This document shows positions 17,921-21,309 of a DNA stretch of 21,309 nucleotides, piece after piece. The notes under the pieces were generated by a model that was not told where the DNA came from, made no database searches, and worked only from the letters and a program-made list of their open reading frames with translations. The translations under genes and the position numbers were made by a program. The stretch is taken from NCBI GenBank assembly GCA_012862495.1, contig BLSG01000269.1, positions 72,381-93,689 of the forward strand. The letters run 5' to 3'. Every line of letters begins with the position of its first letter. Position 1 is the first letter of the stretch. Source of the DNA: Thraustochytrium aureum (lineage: Eukaryota).

Positions 17921-19192
17921 CTAGGGCTTGGTGAGCAGCGCGTTCAAGCGGCGGATGCACTTTATTATGTCGCTGTGCTCAACGTGTGCCTTGCTGGAGA
18001 ATCGGTCTGCTGCTTGCTGTTGGGTCGGCGGGGATGGCGCGCGCTCGCCGCCGTCTTGCCCACGGTTGCCAGGACGGCAAACCCTGGCCTGGGGAGCAAC
18101 TGAGGCGCCCTCGACCTCTTCCCGCAGGCGGCGCCTGGAGCGGAACAGGCCCGAGTACGTCGCATCCGGTCCCGCTGCATGGCCTTCTAGCGCCAGTGGC
18201 GACGACTCTGGCGTAAAGAACCTCTCTGGAGGCGCTTTGGGCGGGTCGCGCACAAACGGAGCAAAGGTGCACTCGTCCATTTCTTCCAAGGAACGCAGCT
18301 CTTGATGAGCCCTAAATATCCGATCGCGATACTCGAGATCGGCCAGCCCCTGGCAATAGAGCTCGTCGAACACGTTGCGGTTGCGAGAGCTAGACGCGTC
18401 GGCGACTCGCCACTTGGGTCTCGAGGTATTGGCGTTTGGCTGAAAGGTGCAAACACCGAGTTCTCGCTCTTCTGCAACGCGACGACTTGTGGCAATCCAT
18501 GCCTCGATTCGCGCCTTGTGATCGCGGCTGCGCTCTAAAAAGTTGGTGAAGTCGTGGCTTTCAATGCGTTTCTTGGGTTGGTCATCGCTGGGCGGCTCGT
18601 TCCTTCTCTTTGCTTTTGTGGGCATCATCGCGTCTGCCGCTGTTCGTTCAGCGGCGAGTTGGATTGACCGCAAGTTTACGGCTGGGGTGAAAGGGCAGGT
18701 GTCCAACACCTGCTGGTAGCTCAGCTGCAACAATTGCTCCGACTTGCGGCGCACCTCCTTCAGGCGGGACTCGTAGAACTGGGTTGCCTCCCACGCACTG
18801 ACGCGCCTTGGGCGGGACTCGGATTTGTTGTGCGCTGTCGTCTCGGCTTCACAAGGCGGCGTGTCCAGCGCCGTGGGCGCCGTCGCCTCTATCAAGATAG
18901 GCCCTTCGTTCAAAGCATTCTGCGCCGTCGGCGCTGCCGTTGTGTCCAACGAAGCGCGCGGAACTCCCGTCTCGGCATCGTACCCTTCCCCTGCGTAGCC
19001 GAGGTCCGCCTCTCCATCCTTGCTCTCTTCCACGGTGGACCGCACGCTCGCTACCGAGATGCTCCGCGACCTCTTTCGCGCCGGATCATTCTTCCCGACG
19101 CCCGCTCGACGGCCTCCAGCCGCGGCCTTCTTCCATACGGGGCTCGCCGGAGGCGCCCGTTTGGGCAGGGCAACCTCGCCCGCGTGCATCAT
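17921..19192 (-). CDS. Uncharacterised low-complexity protein with three CxFxP repeats (423 aa)
   Basis: ATG 19192 to TAG 17921. Motifs TCPFTPAVN, VCTFQPNAN and ECTFAPFV each follow a charged helix, and NVFDELY is present. Similar repeats are common in uncharacterised proteins of flagellated protists. Confidence 0.8.
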   Translation of the reverse strand: MMHAGEVALPKRAPPASPVWKKAAAGGRRAGVGKNDPARKRSRSISVASVRSTVEESKDGEADLGYAGEGYDAETGVPRASLDTTAAPTAQNALNEGPILIEATAPTALDTPPCEAETTAHNKSESRPRRVSAWEATQFYESRLKEVRRKSEQLLQLSYQQVLDTCPFTPAVNLRSIQLAAERTAADAMMPTKAKRRNEPPSDDQPKKRIESHDFTNFLERSRDHKARIEAWIATSRRVAEERELGVCTFQPNANTSRPKWRVADASSSRNRNVFDELYCQGLADLEYRDRIFRAHQELRSLEEMDECTFAPFVRDPPKAPPERFFTPESSPLALEGHAAGPDATYSGLFRSRRRLREEVEGASVAPQARVCRPGNRGQDGGERAPSPPTQQQAADRFSSKAHVEHSDIIKCIRRLNALLTKP

Positions 19193-19260
19193 TTCGTTGT
19201 GAAAGCGCTCGAAGACCAGCGCGTCCCGCTCAACCCGGCCTGGAGGTCAGAGCAGGTAGG

Positions 19261-19330
19261 CCTGCCACAGGCAGCAACGGCCGCGTCCGCCAGCCTGCCA
19301 CAGCTATCAAAGGCCGTGTCCGCCAGCCTG
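19261..19330. repeat. Imperfect 33-bp tandem duplication
   Basis: CCTGCCACAG...GGCCGYGTCCGCCAG occurs twice in tandem, upstream of the CxFxP gene. Confidence 0.8.
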
Positions 19331-19439
19331 GCCCTAGTGGCACAGCGAGCTGCACAAGCAGCAGTCGGCCACGGGCGACAAAAGGCAGTATCTGCCAGGC
19401 CCCAAATGCCTTCTACCTCGTGCGTGTGCCTTGCTGTCG

Positions 19440-19642
19440 GTCTGTCTGGCTCGCTGGCTCGCTAGCTGGCTGGCTGGATGAAAGGCTCGCTGGCTGGCTG
19501 GCTGGCTGGCTGGATGGATGGATGAAAGGCTCGCTGGCTGGATGGATGACGGGCTGGCTGCCTGGCTGCTTGGCTGCCTGGCTGCCTGGCTGCTGGCTGC
19601 TTGGCTGCCTGGCTGGGTGGATGGATGACGGGCTGGCTGGCT
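19440..19642. repeat. Degenerate tetranucleotide microsatellite (GCTG/GATG/CCTG)
   Basis: Run of GCTG, GATG and CCTG units visible over ~200 bp of intergenic sequence. Confidence 0.93.
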
Positions 19643-19896
19643 CACCTCGCAGCGCAGGTTCATCTCCGATGCGAAGAAGCGGGCATCTGCCAGCTCAGAA
19701 AATGTAGCCGTTGAAACCTCCCATTAACTAAACGAAACACGTGCGCACCTCGCGTCGGTGTGCACCTTGTGACCTCGTTGTTCGTGTGAACGCGTGCTGG
19801 GGTGTGCGTGCGGCGAGTTGAGGGGAACGCGGGCGCGGGGGACAGAGCGGGAGTTTGTTCGGTGCTGTTCGTTCTGTGCTTTGGCCCTGATGATGA

Positions 19897-20016
19897 NNNN
19901 NNNNNNNNNNNNNNNNNNNNNNNNNNNNNNNNNNNNNNNNNNNNNNNNNNNNNNNNNNNNNNNNNNNNNNNNNNNNNNNNNNNNNNNNNNNNNNNNNNNN
20001 NNNNNNNNNNNNNNNN
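19897..20016. other. Assembly gap (N run)
   Basis: Continuous Ns. Confidence 1.
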
Positions 20017-20167
20017 GTAGAGGGAGAGAGGGAAGAACAGACCAGACGCGGAAAGGAGGAGCGCGAGGGCGGCGCGTGAAGGGCGGGGCGGTTGCGAGAG
20101 CGGCGGGCGGGAGTGAGGGACGCGGGGGCTGGCGGGCCGGCGGGAGGGAGGTGCGCGGTCGCTGACG

Positions 20168-20545
20168 ATGAGCGGGGCGGGCGCGAGCGCGATGGCCCGC
20201 GTGGACCTGAGCGAGCCGGACTTTTGCGGGTACCTGACGAAACGGAGCAAGTGGCTCAAGGAGTGGCGCAAGCGGTACTTTGTGCTCAAGGGGAACAGGC
20301 TGTTCTACCTCAAGTCCCCGCATAGCCCGCCGCACGGCGAGATCGGCCTCAAGGACTGCCTGACTGTCAAGTCGGCCGAGGACAAGACCAACAAGAACAA
20401 CTGCTTTGAGATCGCAACGCCACAAGAGGTGTTCTTTCTTTATGCTGATACGGAGAAGGAGAAGGACGAGTGGATTGGCGCGATCGGGCGTGCCATCGTT
20501 CGCTTTTCTAGTGCGTACACGAAGGATGACGGATACGAGGACTGA
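20168..20545 (+). CDS. Stand-alone pleckstrin homology (PH) domain protein, Arabidopsis PH1-like (125 aa)
   Basis: GYLTKRSKWLKEWRKRYFVLKG contains the phosphoinositide-binding K-Xn-KxR loop. Also present are CLTVKSAEDKTNK, FEIAT and the C-terminal helix ADTEKEKDEWIGAIGRAIV with the invariant Trp. Confidence 0.95.
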   Translation: MSGAGASAMARVDLSEPDFCGYLTKRSKWLKEWRKRYFVLKGNRLFYLKSPHSPPHGEIGLKDCLTVKSAEDKTNKNNCFEIATPQEVFFLYADTEKEKDEWIGAIGRAIVRFSSAYTKDDGYED

Positions 20546-20623
20546 TCCTCCGCGATCCGTTGTGGCGACGGTTGTAGTCCTGTTTGGGTGGCACCTGCCG
20601 AGGGCCGTGCACGAGCCCGAGCT

Positions 20624-20697
20624 GCCCGCGCGTTCGGGGGCCGCTGCATCAGCGTCTGCAGCCCGCGCGTTCGGGGGGCGCTGCATCGGCGCCTGCA
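20624..20697. repeat. 37-bp tandem duplication downstream of PH gene
   Basis: GCCCGCGCGTTCGGGGGCCGCTGCATCAGCGTCTGCA is followed by a near-identical copy. Confidence 0.9.
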
Positions 20698-20880
20698 GGT
20701 GCGCCTTCAGAGCGGCCCAAAGCATTGTAGTGTGCGCAAGTCTGGTTTATGGTAATACAAAATAGAAGCTACGGAGCAGCATGAACAAGTTGGCCACAGC
20801 AGGGGCGAAGAGAGAATATCTTGGCCGAGCCGTGCGGCTAGCAGTGAGCCTGGCTGGCGAACAGCACACGCAGCCACTCC

Positions 20881-21309
20881 TCAGGCCTTGAAGGTGAACT
20901 TTTCGGGGTCGCAAACGTTGACGCGCTCGAGTCCTTCAATGTGCTTGCGAATGAGAGACTCACGCAAGTAAAGCACGGCCTGGCCCTCGTGCTTGATCAG
21001 GAGCTTGTTGGTGCGAAGCGTGTCGACGACGTCGCCTACGAGAATACAGAGCTTCTTGGAGAGGTCCTTTATCGAGACCCACTGCGGCTTGTGCGGCCCC
21101 AAGCGAAGCACGGGCGCGTAGAGCTCCTCCTCAGCAGGCGTTTCCTTTCGAAGGCCCGCCTCCCGCTTCGGAGAATCGTCAGCGTTGACTTCCACGGCTC
21201 GGCCGTTCTCCTTGTCCTCCCCTCTCGAGCCATGCCGAAGCGCGCGACACGGCGCGCGACAACTAGCATCCAGAGGGGCGCCGTCGCCCCGCGTCGGCCG
21301 GGACCGTAA
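20881..21309 (-). CDS. 3' end of probable MYST-family histone acetyltransferase (5' partial)
   Basis: The frame is open from the window end to TGA at 20881. VSIKDLSKKLCILVGDVVDTLRTNKLLIKHEGQAVLYL...CDPEKFTFK resembles the MYST C-terminal winged-helix (ISIxELSxxTxIxxxDIIxTL...GQHVI...IDPxxLxW). The catalytic motifs are outside the window. Confidence 0.55.
   Translation of the reverse strand, partial: LRSRPTRGDGAPLDASCRAPCRALRHGSRGEDKENGRAVEVNADDSPKREAGLRKETPAEEELYAPVLRLGPHKPQWVSIKDLSKKLCILVGDVVDTLRTNKLLIKHEGQAVLYLRESLIRKHIEGLERVNVCDPEKFTFKA

Noticed and set aside
18734..19707. Plus-strand ORFs 18734..19465 and 18940..19707 with LAGW-type repeats
   Set aside because: They are antisense to the CxFxP gene, and the repeats are translations of the tetranucleotide microsatellite.
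1..20545. Possible functional cluster of membrane/phosphoinositide genes (GPCR-Sec14, TSAUCER, PH protein)
   Set aside because: They are interspersed with unrelated housekeeping genes in a eukaryotic genome. Nothing in the sequence supports co-regulation without synteny data.

Overview
This is a GC-rich, gene-dense, intron-poor eukaryotic scaffold segment with six N-gaps. The style suggests a protist such as a stramenopile/thraustochytrid, but that is inference only. No prokaryotic, CRISPR, RNA-gene or transposase signals were seen. Ten protein-coding genes are supported, in order: (1) a ~1,400+ aa minus-strand gene missing from the ORF track because it runs off the window, encoding a 7TM GPCR-like domain, a second 4-TM module and two tandem CRAL-TRIO/Sec14 lipid-binding domains; (2) a TSET/TPLATE-complex large subunit (TSAUCER/TASH3-like) with a frame break and a probable extra terminal exon; (3) MPP6; (4) NOP9; (5) an equilibrative nucleoside transporter split across two frames; (6) a probably mitochondrial EEP-superfamily hydrolase; (7) a FANCB-like protein; (8) a CxFxP-repeat protein; (9) a single-PH-domain protein; (10) the 3' end of a probable MYST acetyltransferase. 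Several micro- and minisatellites lie next to gaps. The best candidate for an undescribed system is the GPCR-4TM-Sec14-Sec14 fusion receptor. All family calls come from manual translation and remembered motifs, not database searches.
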